64,000 nucleotides of DNA. Origin: an uncultured Actinomycetota bacterium. GTDB taxonomy: Bacteria; Actinomycetota; Actinomycetes; Propionibacteriales; Nocardioidaceae. Position 1 is the first letter of the stretch; every line of letters begins with the position of its first letter. This document shows, piece after piece, positions 11,340-20,874 of this stretch. The position numbers and the translations under genes are program-made. Below the pieces are notes generated by a model. It was not told where the DNA came from, ran no database searches, and saw only the letters and a program-made list of their open reading frames with translations. The DNA lies in contig CAWIAV010000002.1 of assembly GCA_963834245.1 (NCBI GenBank), positions 792,038-856,037 on the forward strand, written 5' to 3'.

Positions 11340-11978
11340 ATGAGCGAGTCGCGAGACGCCGGCGGGGACAGCACCCCCGAGGGAACCCCGACGGGTACGC
11401 CGGGGCCGCGTCGTCCCGCGACGGCTCCGAAGTACCAGCGCAGCCCCGGGGGACTGACGGGTGCCCTGATCGTCACAGTGCTCGCCGTGCTGGCCTTCGT
11501 CGCCTTCCGCGGGCTGGTGCGGGACAACGACCCCACCCCCGTGCGCACGATCGAGTACGCGAAGGTGGTCGAACGGGCCCGGGCCGACGGCCAGCTGCTC
11601 GTGATGGCGCCGCCAGAGCTGCCTGCCGGCTGGACGGCCACCAGTGCGACGTACTCACCGGGGGCCGCGGCGACCTGGCACCTCGGGCTGCTCACCGAGG
11701 AGGGCAGGTACGTCGGCGTCGAGGAGGCGCGCACCAGCGCTGCCGACCTGGTCCGCGAGCACGTGGACCTCGACGCAGAACGAGGCGAGGACGTCGCCAT
11801 CGGGGGGCAGACCTGGCAGTCGTGGAGTGATGCCGGAGGGGACTACGCATTGACTCGCTCGCTGGTGCTCGACGGACGGTCGGTGTCCACCTGGCTGGTG
11901 GTCGGCACCGCTCCGGAGAGCGTGATCCGCGACTTCGCGGAGTCCCTGGATGGCCGGCCGGTCAAGGTCGTCGACTGA
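11340..11978 (+). CDS. DUF4245 domain membrane-anchored protein
   Basis: Single N-proximal TM; '[13 protein letters not shown]', 'WHLGLLT', 'LVVGTA'; lies in the conserved position divergent from glpX. Confidence 0.75.
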   Translation: MSESRDAGGDSTPEGTPTGTPGPRRPATAPKYQRSPGGLTGALIVTVLAVLAFVAFRGLVRDNDPTPVRTIEYAKVVERARADGQLLVMAPPELPAGWTATSATYSPGAAATWHLGLLTEEGRYVGVEEARTSAADLVREHVDLDAERGEDVAIGGQTWQSWSDAGGDYALTRSLVLDGRSVSTWLVVGTAPESVIRDFAESLDGRPVKVVD

Positions 11979-12060
11979 CCTGAGCCCGGCCCTCGGGGTG
12001 ACCTCTCGGCGTCTCGCACGTTGAACCTCGTGCAAGCACGCCTATCCGGGAGGATCCTCC

Positions 12061-13029
12061 GTGAACAAGCCCGCCCTTGGTCTCGTCACCGCAACGATGC
12101 TGGCTGTGGGTGGCTTCGCAGCCGCCGCGCCGCAGGCGGACGCCAGGTCCTCGCTCCCACAGCAGTCGGTGACGGCCGCGGGCTACCAGGAGTACGTCGC
12201 CCTCGGTGACTCCTGGTCCGCAGACGTCGTGGTCGCGGACACCGACGGTCCTCCGGACACGACCCACGCGCCCGCCGGCTGTGCCCAGTCGCACCGCAAC
12301 TACCCCAAGCTCCTGGCGGCCGAGCTGAAGGTGCCGGTCTTCCGGGACGCGACCTGCGGCTCCGCCACCACCGACGACTTCTACGAGCCCCAGACCGGCC
12401 TGCCGACCGGCGAGAGCAACCCGGCGCAGTTCGACCGGCTCACGGCCACGACCGATCTCGTCACGGTGGGCATCGGCGGCAACGACGCCGGGTTCGCCGG
12501 CGCAGCGATGGACTGCATCAGCCCGCTGCCCCAGGGTGCGCAGTGCAAGGAGAAGTACACCGCCGGCGGTGAGGACCAGCTCGCGAGGCGGATCGAGGAG
12601 TCCGAGCCGAAGCTCGTCCGCGCCATCCAGGACATCCGCGAGCGTTCGCCGCAGGCGCGCATCCTGATGCTCGACTACCTCGCCGGTATCCCGAAGACGG
12701 GCTGCTACCCGACGGTGCCGATCAGCGACTCCGACATGGCTTACCTCTACGCGACCTTCCAGAAGCTCAACGCCATGGTCGAGCGGGCCGCCGCCGCGGG
12801 GGGCGCCGAGTTCGTCGACACCTACACACCCTCGATCGGTCACCATGTGTGCACGGCAGCCACGCACCGCTACGTCGAGGGGCTCGGCGTCGTCTCGGTC
12901 AACGGTGTCGCGGTCGCGGTCCCTGCGCACCCCAACTCGGCCGGCGCCGCCTCGCAGTACCGCACCACCCTCGGGGTGGTGCAGAACCCGCCTGTTGCCC
13001 TGACCGGCAAGCAGCGACGCATCCGGTAG
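12061..13029 (+). CDS. Secreted SGNH/GDSL hydrolase
   Basis: Signal peptide; block I 'YVALGDSW', block II 'ATCGSA', block III 'IGGND', block V 'HPN'. Confidence 0.9.
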   Translation: MNKPALGLVTATMLAVGGFAAAAPQADARSSLPQQSVTAAGYQEYVALGDSWSADVVVADTDGPPDTTHAPAGCAQSHRNYPKLLAAELKVPVFRDATCGSATTDDFYEPQTGLPTGESNPAQFDRLTATTDLVTVGIGGNDAGFAGAAMDCISPLPQGAQCKEKYTAGGEDQLARRIEESEPKLVRAIQDIRERSPQARILMLDYLAGIPKTGCYPTVPISDSDMAYLYATFQKLNAMVERAAAAGGAEFVDTYTPSIGHHVCTAATHRYVEGLGVVSVNGVAVAVPAHPNSAGAASQYRTTLGVVQNPPVALTGKQRRIR

Positions 13030-13057
13030 CCGCAGGTCCCTCCTGGCGGGCGGCGTC

Positions 13058-13264
13058 TCAGGACCGCCCGTCGCCACCCTCGCCGAGCGCCTCGTCGAGG
13101 CGGGCGCGTGCACCCTCGAGGTGACGCTGACACACCTTGGCCAGCTCCTCGCCGCGTTCCCACAGGGCCAGCGACTCCGCGAGGCTGGTGCCACCCTGCT
13201 CCAGGGTGCGCACCACCTCGATCAGCTGCTCGCGGGCCTCTTCGTAGGTGGGTTCCTCAGCCAT
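13058..13264 (-). CDS. xseB: Exodeoxyribonuclease VII small subunit
   Basis: '[36 protein letters not shown]'; overlaps the xseA stop. Confidence 0.95.
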   Translation of the reverse strand: MAEEPTYEEAREQLIEVVRTLEQGGTSLAESLALWERGEELAKVCQRHLEGARARLDEALGEGGDGRS

Positions 13265-14516
13265 CGTCGTCCTCGTCGTCGTGGGCGGGCATCAGGTCGA
13301 TCTGGTCCACCGTGGTCGTGGTGGCTCCGATGCGGCCGTCGGCCACCCGGATGTGGATCTCGTGGCCAGGTGACAGGCCGGCCACGCTGGAGAGTGCCCG
13401 GCCATCGGAGTCGGACAGCACGGCATAGCCGCGGCGCAGCGTCGCGAGCGGTGACAGCGCCCGGACCCGCGCGATCTGGTGCTCGAGGTCGTCGGTGCCC
13501 CGGTCGAGCCGGTGGCCGAAGGTACGACGTACGCGGTCGCGATACGCCAGGATCTCGACATGCCGCTCCGTGAGCCCCGAGCGGGGATCGGCGAGCGCGG
13601 GCCTCGACCGGAGCGCGGCCAGCTGGTGCAGCTCCTTCTCGATGGCACCCCGCAGCACGCTTCGGCCTCGCTCACGCAGCTGCAGCAGCCGCTGCGCCTC
13701 CTCTGCGACGTCGGGCACCACCCGCTTGGCGGCATCGGTGGGCGTGGAGGCGCGGACGTCGCTGACGAGGTCGAGGATGGGGGAGTCCGGCTCGTGGCCG
13801 ATCGCGGAGACGACCGGCGTGGTGGCCGCGAAGACGGCCCGGACCAGCGCCTCGTCTGAGAACGGCAGCAGGTCCTCGACCGACCCGCCACCGCGGGCCA
13901 CGATGATGACGTCCACCTCGGGGTCGCGGTCGAGCGCGGCGACGGCCTCGATGACCTCCCGGGCGGCGTGGATCCCCTGCATCGCGGCGTACTTGACGTT
14001 GAAGCGGACCCCGGGCCAGCGCCGCCGAGCGTGCTCGAGAACGTCTCGCTCCGCGGCGGAGCTGCTCGCCGTGACCAGCCCGACCGTGCGCGGCAGGAAC
14101 GGCAGTGGTCGCTTGCGCTCCTCGGCGAAGAGGCCTTCGGCGGCCAGCAGCTGTCGGCGGCGTTCGAGCCGGGCCAGCAGCTCGCCCTCCCCGACCAGCC
14201 GGATCTCGCGCACGGCGAGGGAGAGCGTGCCGCGGGTGGCGTAGAACGTCGGTTTGGCGTGGCACACGATCTGGGCGCCCTCGACCAGCGGGGTGGGCAG
14301 CGAGTCGATCACCCCGCGGTTGCAGGTGACCGGGACGGAGATGTCGGCCAGCTTGTCGCGCAGGGTGAGGAAGACGGTGTTCATCCCGCCTCGTCGGCTG
14401 ATCTGGGTGACCTGGCCCTCCACCCACACGGCCCCCAGGCGGTCGACCCACTGACCGATCGCCAGGTTGATCTGGCGCACGGGCGCCGGATGCTCGGGCG
14501 AGGTCTCCATGGCCAT
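13257..14516 (-). CDS. xseA: Exodeoxyribonuclease VII large subunit
   Basis: OB-fold 'VWVEGQV', '[13 protein letters not shown]', '[13 protein letters not shown]', 'SAIGHE', 'TPTDAAK'. Confidence 0.96.
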   Translation of the reverse strand: MAMETSPEHPAPVRQINLAIGQWVDRLGAVWVEGQVTQISRRGGMNTVFLTLRDKLADISVPVTCNRGVIDSLPTPLVEGAQIVCHAKPTFYATRGTLSLAVREIRLVGEGELLARLERRRQLLAAEGLFAEERKRPLPFLPRTVGLVTASSSAAERDVLEHARRRWPGVRFNVKYAAMQGIHAAREVIEAVAALDRDPEVDVIIVARGGGSVEDLLPFSDEALVRAVFAATTPVVSAIGHEPDSPILDLVSDVRASTPTDAAKRVVPDVAEEAQRLLQLRERGRSVLRGAIEKELHQLAALRSRPALADPRSGLTERHVEILAYRDRVRRTFGHRLDRGTDDLEHQIARVRALSPLATLRRGYAVLSDSDGRALSSVAGLSPGHEIHIRVADGRIGATTTTVDQIDLMPAHDDEDDDG

Positions 14517-14553
14517 GCGGTGACCCTAAGGTGCGGCCCCTACGATTGGACGC

Positions 14554-15564
14554 ATGACTGACCTGGGCACTCCGAGCGTCCTCTCGCCCGACGCCGCCGA
14601 ACGCGCTGTACGGCTGGCCGCACCGCGGGGGTACTGCGCCGGCGTCGACCGCGCGGTGATCACCGTGGAGAAGGCGTTGGACCTCTACGGCACTCCCGTC
14701 TACGTGCGCAAGCAGATCGTGCACAACAAGCACGTGGTGGCCGACCTCGAGTCCCGGGGCGCCGTCTTCGTCGAGGAGCTCGACGAGGTCCCCGAGGGGG
14801 AGACCGTGGTGTTCTCCGCCCATGGCGTGTCGCCGGTGGTGCACGAGCAGGCCGCGGCGCGCGGCCTGAAGACCATCGACGCGACCTGCCCGCTGGTGAC
14901 CAAGGTGCACCACGAGGCGCGCCGGTTCGCCTCCGACGACTACGACATCCTGCTGATCGGCCACGAGGGCCACGAGGAGGTCGAGGGCACCGCGGGCGAG
15001 GCGCCCGACCACATCCAGCTCGTGCAGAGCCCGGACGACGTGGACTCGATCGTCGTCCGGGACCCCGAGAAGGTGGCCTGGCTCTCCCAGACGACGCTCT
15101 CCGTCGACGAGACGATGGCCACCGTCGACGCGATCCGCCGCCGGTTCCCCAAGCTGCTCGACCCGCCCAGCGACGACATCTGCTACGCGACCCAGAACCG
15201 TCAGCTGGCGATCAAGGAGATCAGCCTCGGGGCGGACCTGGTCATCGTGGTGGGCTCGGCCAACTCCTCCAACTCGGTGCGGCTGGCGGAGGTCGCCCTG
15301 GAGGCCGGTGCGAAGGCCGCCTACCGCGTCGACGACGCCAGCGAGGTCGACGAGGCGTGGCTCGCCGGAGTGGACAGCGTCAGCGTCACCTCCGGGGCCT
15401 CGGTGCCCGAGGACCTGGTCGACGGTGTCCTGGCCTTCCTCACCGAGCGTGGGTACCCCGACGCGCAGGCGGTGCACACCGCCGAGGAGTCCCTGATCTT
15501 CGCGCTGCCTCCCGAGCTGCGTCGCGACATGCGTCGCGCGGCTGCGGAGCAGAGCGGCGGCTAG
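14554..15564 (+). CDS. ispH: 4-hydroxy-3-methylbut-2-enyl diphosphate reductase
   Basis: '[11 protein letters not shown]', 'IVHN', 'SAHG', '[11 protein letters not shown]', '[11 protein letters not shown]', 'SSNS'. TACGAT lies 7 nt before the ATG. Confidence 0.97.
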   Translation: MTDLGTPSVLSPDAAERAVRLAAPRGYCAGVDRAVITVEKALDLYGTPVYVRKQIVHNKHVVADLESRGAVFVEELDEVPEGETVVFSAHGVSPVVHEQAAARGLKTIDATCPLVTKVHHEARRFASDDYDILLIGHEGHEEVEGTAGEAPDHIQLVQSPDDVDSIVVRDPEKVAWLSQTTLSVDETMATVDAIRRRFPKLLDPPSDDICYATQNRQLAIKEISLGADLVIVVGSANSSNSVRLAEVALEAGAKAAYRVDDASEVDEAWLAGVDSVSVTSGASVPEDLVDGVLAFLTERGYPDAQAVHTAEESLIFALPPELRRDMRRAAAEQSGG

Positions 15565-15567
15565 CCC

Positions 15568-16188
15568 ATGGCGCGGTACTACGACGTGCACCCGGTCGAC
15601 CCGCAACCGCGGGCGATCAGCCAGGCCGTGTCAGTGCTTCGGGAGGACGGGTTGCTCGCCTATCCCACGGACTCCGGCTACGCGCTGGGCATCCAGCTGG
15701 GGAACCGGGACGGTCTGCAGCGCATCAAACGGCTACGCGAGCTCGACGACAAGCACCACTTCACGTTGGTGTGTCGCGACTTCGCGCAGCTGGGCCAGCT
15801 GGTGCACCTGAACAACGCAGCCTTCCGAGCGGTGAAGTCGGCCACGCCCGGTGCCTACACGTTCATCCTGCCGGCCACCGGTGAGGTCCCCAAGCAGCTG
15901 ATGCACCCCAAGAAGCGGACGGTCGGGGTGCGGATCCCCGATCACGCGGTGGTGCGCGCGCTCCTGGAGGAGCTCGGCGAGCCGATCCTGTCCAGCACGC
16001 TCCTGATGCCAGGTGCGGATGCTCCGATGACCGACGGCTGGGCGGTCAAGGAGGAGCTGGATCACTGGCTGGATGCGGTGATCGACTCCGGGGAGTGCGG
16101 CTCTGAGCCCACCACCGTGGTCGACCTCTCCGACGGGCCGGCGGTGGTCGCCAGGGTCGGCGCCGGGGACGTTGCCCGGTTCGCGTAG
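15568..16188 (+). CDS. Sua5/YciO/YrdC family protein (YciO-like)
   Basis: 'AYPTDSGYALG', 'PGAYTFIL', 'KKRTVGVRIPDH', 'EPTTVVDL'. Confidence 0.92.
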   Translation: MARYYDVHPVDPQPRAISQAVSVLREDGLLAYPTDSGYALGIQLGNRDGLQRIKRLRELDDKHHFTLVCRDFAQLGQLVHLNNAAFRAVKSATPGAYTFILPATGEVPKQLMHPKKRTVGVRIPDHAVVRALLEELGEPILSSTLLMPGADAPMTDGWAVKEELDHWLDAVIDSGECGSEPTTVVDLSDGPAVVARVGAGDVARFA

Positions 16189-16559
16189 GCGCTCCGGCGC
16201 CTGGTGGCCACCCGCGCCCGCGTCGCCAGCACCGCCAGCACGAGCAGGTACGCCGTGAGCAGGCCGCCCGGCCGGTGAGCGAGACCGGACACCACGGCCT
16301 GGACGATGCCGTCGCCGGGGTCAGCGACCCAGGGCACGTGCACCACGGCGACCAACGTGACCAGGCCGAGCAGCAGCAACGGCGGCAGCACGCCGACGTG
16401 GAAGAAGTCGCGGGGACGCACGGCCAGTGCCGCACCGACGCACACGACCACGAACCCCACGTCGAACAAGACCGTGATGCGCTCGTCGATGAGGAGGTCG
16501 GTCGCGAGCACCGCGAGGCCGGCCAGGATCGCCAGTCGCGTCACGCGACTGCCTGACAT
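16062..16559 (-). CDS. DUF6542 membrane protein
   Basis: Four hydrophobic segments with 'ALAVRPRDFF..GVLPPL'; conserved position between ispH and rmuC. The 3' end overlaps the convergent yciO-like gene. Confidence 0.7.
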   Translation of the reverse strand: MSGSRVTRLAILAGLAVLATDLLIDERITVLFDVGFVVVCVGAALAVRPRDFFHVGVLPPLLLLGLVTLVAVVHVPWVADPGDGIVQAVVSGLAHRPGGLLTAYLLVLAVLATRARVATRRRSAYANRATSPAPTLATTAGPSERSTTVVGSEPHSPESITASSQ

Positions 16560-16611
16560 CCGGCCCTCTTCCCACAGGGTGGGTGCGCTCACAGGGTCAA
16601 GGTAGGCCGCC

Positions 16612-17736
16612 TCAGGCGCTGGAACGGCGCGACTCGCCGGACGACACGCCGGGGTGGGTCGGGTGGACCGGGTCGGTCGGTGCCGGGAGCTGGGGGCGTT
16701 CCTCGGCCACCGCCTCCAGCAGCTCGGCCGCGGTGAGTGGTCGGGGCGCCGAGCTCACGGGCGTGACCGGGCTCAGCCGCTCCCTGGTCACCCCGATGTC
16801 CTCGAACTGCCGGGCCGTGACGAGCACCCGGCTCTCGATGGACCCGACGGCGCTGTTGAACGCTTCGACGGCTCCCTTGAGCGAGCGGCCCACCTTGTCG
16901 AGGTGGCCACCCATGACACCGATCCGGGTGTGCAGCTCGCGGCCGAGCTCGTGGATCTCCCGGGTGCGCTCCGCCAGCGCCTCGGTCGTCCAGCCGTGCG
17001 CCACCGTGCGGAGCAGCGCGATCAGCGTGGTCGGCGTGGCGATGACCACGTCCTTGGTGGCGGCGTACGTCAGCAGGGTGGCGTCGGTCTCGAGTGCGGC
17101 CGCGAGGAAGGACTCCGCGGGCACGAACATCACCACGAACTCCGGTGCCCCAGGAAGGGAGCGCCAGTAGGCCTTGCCGGCCAGCGCGTCCACGTGCGTG
17201 CGGACCTGCCGCACGTGCCGACGGAGGTGCCCTTGCGCCTCCTCGGGGTCATCGCAGGCCAGCGCGTCGAGATGAGCGTCGAGGGGGACCTTGGCGTCCA
17301 CCACCACCGACCGGCCGCCTGCGAGCCGCACCACGAGGTCGGGACGTTGGCTGCCGTTGTCGTGGGACATGGTCACCTGCTCGGAGAAGTCACAGTGCTC
17401 GACCATGCCGGCCAGCTCGACCGTGCGGCGCAGGTGCAGCTCGCCCCACTGTCCGCGGACGTGTGGCTTGCGCAATGCGGTGGAGAGGGCTCCGGTCTCG
17501 CGGCGCAGCAGGTCGGTGCTGTGCCGCATGTCGTCGACCTGCTGGCGCAGCTGACCCTGCCACGAGGCGCGCTGCTGCTCGACGTCCATCAGCCGCTCGT
17601 GCAGCCGGTCGAGGCCGTCGCGCAGCACTGCCTGGTCATCCCCGCGGGCCGACAGGGCCCGCAGGACGTCGGGGTCACCGTCGCGTCGGGACCACAACAG
17701 CACGCTCAGGGCGCCTAGCAGTGCGCCGATCAGCAT
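16612..17736 (-). CDS. rmuC: DNA recombination protein RmuC
   Basis: N-terminal TM, coiled coil, 'RGQWGE', 'RPDLVVRL', 'VVVDAKVP', 'PEFVVMFVP', 'TPTTL.ALL'. Confidence 0.93.
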   Translation of the reverse strand: MLIGALLGALSVLLWSRRDGDPDVLRALSARGDDQAVLRDGLDRLHERLMDVEQQRASWQGQLRQQVDDMRHSTDLLRRETGALSTALRKPHVRGQWGELHLRRTVELAGMVEHCDFSEQVTMSHDNGSQRPDLVVRLAGGRSVVVDAKVPLDAHLDALACDDPEEAQGHLRRHVRQVRTHVDALAGKAYWRSLPGAPEFVVMFVPAESFLAAALETDATLLTYAATKDVVIATPTTLIALLRTVAHGWTTEALAERTREIHELGRELHTRIGVMGGHLDKVGRSLKGAVEAFNSAVGSIESRVLVTARQFEDIGVTRERLSPVTPVSSAPRPLTAAELLEAVAEERPQLPAPTDPVHPTHPGVSSGESRRSSA

Positions 17737-17903
17737 GGTCAGGGTGGAAGCAGGATGTCCATGACGAAGAGCGTGACAGCCAGTACCGACAAGTCGGGGA
17801 CGACGTCTCCGCCAGCGCGTGATTTGCGGAACGGGGAAACCTTGCTTATGGTTCCGCGGGCGGGGGGGCTCGATGCAAACCGACGCAACCCCGCAGGAGT
17901 AAG

Positions 17904-20057
17904 ATGAAATACCGTGTAGTCAACACATCTCAGACAGGTCGGCAAAGCTGTCGTAGCCGCAACTGCGGTTCTCGCAGTGGCGGCAACCTCTCAGACACAG
18001 CTGCCCGGCTCGAGCGCCAAGGCCTCGCCGGGCCAGGACAAGATCGTCACCAGCGCCGCCAAGACGTGCGGAGCGGCAGGAAGTACGCGCCCGACTGTGG
18101 CGCACTGTGGGGCGCCTACACCCTGCAGGGCCGAAACCCCGAGCAGGCGGTCACCGGCCTGGAGTCGCAGATCGGGCGCAAGTTCGACCTCACCAAGAGG
18201 TACCACGATTTCTCTGACTCACGGCACCAGGGACGGTTCCCCGACGCCTTTGAGCGCAAGCTCGGCCAGTCGCGCACACCGTTCATCGCCTGGCAGGCAC
18301 GGGTCTCCAAGACCAAGCGCAACATCTCGTGGCGCGCGATCGCCAACGGCAGCTACGACCGCTACGTGAAGAGCGCGGCCACTCGCGTGAAGGCGTACAA
18401 GCGGCCGATGTTCATCGCCTTCGACCCCGCCTTCGATGCCCACCGCACCAAGGGCAGCATGGCCGACTACGTGGCGGCCTACCGGCACATCGTCCAGGTC
18501 TTCAAGGCCAACAAGGTGACCAACGTCGCCTGGGCCTGGGTCTCGACGGGCTACGTCGGGGGAGGCAACGGCTCCCGGATCCAGCAGGGCTACCCCGGTG
18601 ACGCGTACGTCGACTGGATCGGCTGGGACACCTACAACTTCTACAAGTGCAACGGGAGCAGCTGGAAGACCTTCGCGCAGAAGGTGACGCCCACCTACAA
18701 CTGGATGCAGGCGAACGGGCACGGTGACAAGCCGTTCCTGCTCAGCGGCTACGGCACGCAGTACGACCGCGCCAACGCTGCGCGCTCGACCAGAGGTGGC
18801 ACTCCGACGATTCCGGGTGCGCTCAAGAACCTGCCGAACCTCAAGGCAATGATCCGGTCCGACTCCAACGGTGCCTCCCGCACGCGGAAGTGCAACTTCT
18901 ACATCAAGAACGGCGGCGCGGCGAGCCTCAAGGACTTCGCGAATGCCGGTCGCGCGGTGCAGGCCGGGCTCCAGCCCGGTTCGAGCAAGACAGGGACCCC
19001 GGCGCAGGGCGGCAGCGCTCCCAGCGCACCGGCTCCGAGCACACCCGCTCCGAGCGCACCCAAGACCTCCACCGCTCCCAAGACCCCCACCGCTCCTAGC
19101 ACTCCGGTCGCACCCCGGACCACCGGCGCGTCCGGGTCTGCCACGTGCGGAGCGGTAGGCAAGTACGCGCCCAAGTGCGGCGCGCTGTGGGGTGCCTACA
19201 CGCTCCAAGGCGGCAACCCAGAGACGGCGGTCACGAATCTGGAGTCGCAGGTCGGCCGGAAGTTCGACCTGACCCTGAGGTACCACGACTTCTCCGACCA
19301 CCAGCATCAGGGGCAGTTCCCGGATGCCTATGAGCGCAGGCTCGGCCAGTCGCGCTACCTCTTCTTCTCCTGGCAGGCGCGGGTCTCCGACACCAACCGC
19401 AACATCTCGTGGCGTGCCATCGCCAACGGGAGCTACGACAGGTACATCAAGAGCGCAGCCACGCGAGTGAAGGCCTACAACCGGCCGGTGTTCATCGCCT
19501 TCGACCCGGAGTTCGACACGCACAAGACCAAGGGCAGCATGGCTGACTACGTGGCTGCGTACCGGCATGTGTTCAACGTCTTCAAGTCCTACCAGGTGAC
19601 CAACGTCGCCTGGGCGTGGGTCTCCTCGGGTTACCTCGGCGCGGGCAACTCGGACCGGATCCAGCAGGCTTACCCCGGTGACGCCTACGTCGACTGGGTC
19701 GGTTGGGATCCCTACAACTTCTACCGCTGCAACGGCACGGCCTGGAAGACGTTCGGCGAGAAGGTGACGCCCACCTACAACTGGATGAAGGCCAACGGGC
19801 ACGGGGACAAGCCGTTCCTGCTCAGCGAGTACGGCACCCAGTTCGACTCGAGCAACCCGTCCCGCTCCGCGCAGTGGCACGCCGGCATCCCCGGTGCGCT
19901 GAAGAACCTGCCGAACCTCAAGGCGATGGTGCGCTTCGACGCCGACGGGTTCTTCGGTTCGAAGAAGTGCAACCTCTACATCAAGAACGGTGGCAACGCG
20001 AGCCTTCAGGACTTCGCGAAGGCCGGGCGCGAGGTCCAGGCCGGGCTCCGACGCTGA
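17904..20057 (+). CDS. Secreted protein with two tandem GH26-like (clan GH-A) domains joined by a Pro/Thr/Ser/Ala linker; N-terminus probably scrambled by compensating indels
   Basis: Two ~300-aa repeats offset by 1080 nt, each with 'RYHDF', 'WRAIANGSYD', 'YPGDAYVDW.GWD.YNF', 'KPFLLS(E/G)YG'. AGGAG RBS. A signal-peptide-like 'KAVVAATAVLAVAAT' lies in the +1 frame at 17941-18080. Confidence 0.85.
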   Translation: MKYRVVNTSQTGRQSCRSRNCGSRSGGNLSDTAARLERQGLAGPGQDRHQRRQDVRSGRKYAPDCGALWGAYTLQGRNPEQAVTGLESQIGRKFDLTKRYHDFSDSRHQGRFPDAFERKLGQSRTPFIAWQARVSKTKRNISWRAIANGSYDRYVKSAATRVKAYKRPMFIAFDPAFDAHRTKGSMADYVAAYRHIVQVFKANKVTNVAWAWVSTGYVGGGNGSRIQQGYPGDAYVDWIGWDTYNFYKCNGSSWKTFAQKVTPTYNWMQANGHGDKPFLLSGYGTQYDRANAARSTRGGTPTIPGALKNLPNLKAMIRSDSNGASRTRKCNFYIKNGGAASLKDFANAGRAVQAGLQPGSSKTGTPAQGGSAPSAPAPSTPAPSAPKTSTAPKTPTAPSTPVAPRTTGASGSATCGAVGKYAPKCGALWGAYTLQGGNPETAVTNLESQVGRKFDLTLRYHDFSDHQHQGQFPDAYERRLGQSRYLFFSWQARVSDTNRNISWRAIANGSYDRYIKSAATRVKAYNRPVFIAFDPEFDTHKTKGSMADYVAAYRHVFNVFKSYQVTNVAWAWVSSGYLGAGNSDRIQQAYPGDAYVDWVGWDPYNFYRCNGTAWKTFGEKVTPTYNWMKANGHGDKPFLLSEYGTQFDSSNPSRSAQWHAGIPGALKNLPNLKAMVRFDADGFFGSKKCNLYIKNGGNASLQDFAKAGREVQAGLRR

Positions 20058-20071
20058 CCTGACCGGAGCAG

Positions 20072-20844
20072 TCAGTCCAGGTCGACGATGACCGGGGCGT
20101 GGTCGCTGGCACCCTTGCCGGCGCGCTCGTCGGGTCGATGAAGGCACCGGTGACCCGGGCTGCGAGCGTCGGGTTGGCAAGGACGAAGTCGATTCGCATG
20201 CCACGGTTGCGCTCGAAGCGCTGCCGGTAGTAGTCCCAGTAGGTGTAGACCTCCGGGCCGGGTGCGTGCGGGCGTACGACATCGACGTACCCGTCCTCGA
20301 GGAAGCCGGAGAAGGCGGCGCGCTCCCGCGGAGTGACGTGCGTGCTCCTCGCGAAGGCGGCGATGTCGAAGACGTCGTCGTCCTGGGGTGCGATGTTCCA
20401 GTCGCCGACGAGGGCCACGTCGCCGCTCATGCCGCGGGCGGCCTCGCGCAGCCGGGCGAGCCACTCGAGCTTGTAGACGTAGTGCGGGTCGTCGACCTTG
20501 CGCCCGTTGGGCACGTAGAGCGACCAGATCCGTACGCCGCCACAGGTGGCGCCGATCGCGCGCGCCTCGGTCGCAGCCGGATCACCCCAGGTGGGCATCC
20601 CGGGGAAGCCGACCTCGACGTCCTCGATGCCGACCCGGCTGATGACAGCGACGCCGTTCCACTGGTCGTGACCGACGGCGGCGACGTCGTAGCCGAGCAC
20701 GGCCAAGCCCATCAAGGGCAGCTGGTCCTCGCGCGCCTTGGTCTCCTGCAGCGCCAGGACGTCCACGTCGTGGCGCTGCAGGAACGCCTCGACGCGGTCG
20801 ATCCGGCTCCGCAGGGAGTTGACGTTCCAGGTGGCGATGCGCAC
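20072..20844 (-). CDS. xth: Exodeoxyribonuclease III (AP endonuclease), frameshift near the 3' end (~20133)
   Basis: 'RIATWNVNS', 'LQETK', 'YVPNG', 'GDWNIAP', 'RIDF'. The terminal 'ERAGKGASDHAPVIVDL' is reached by restoring one base. TAGGGT lies 7 nt before the GTG. Confidence 0.9.
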
Positions 20845-20874
20845 GCGGGACACCCTAGGCGGGGCCGGCTCGGC

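Noticed and set aside
18970-19140. Short repeated words (GCTCCGAGC, CCGCTCC) that might suggest a CRISPR-like array
   Set aside because: They encode the Pro/Thr/Ser/Ala linker of the GH26 protein; there are no constant-length repeats with unique spacers and no cas genes.
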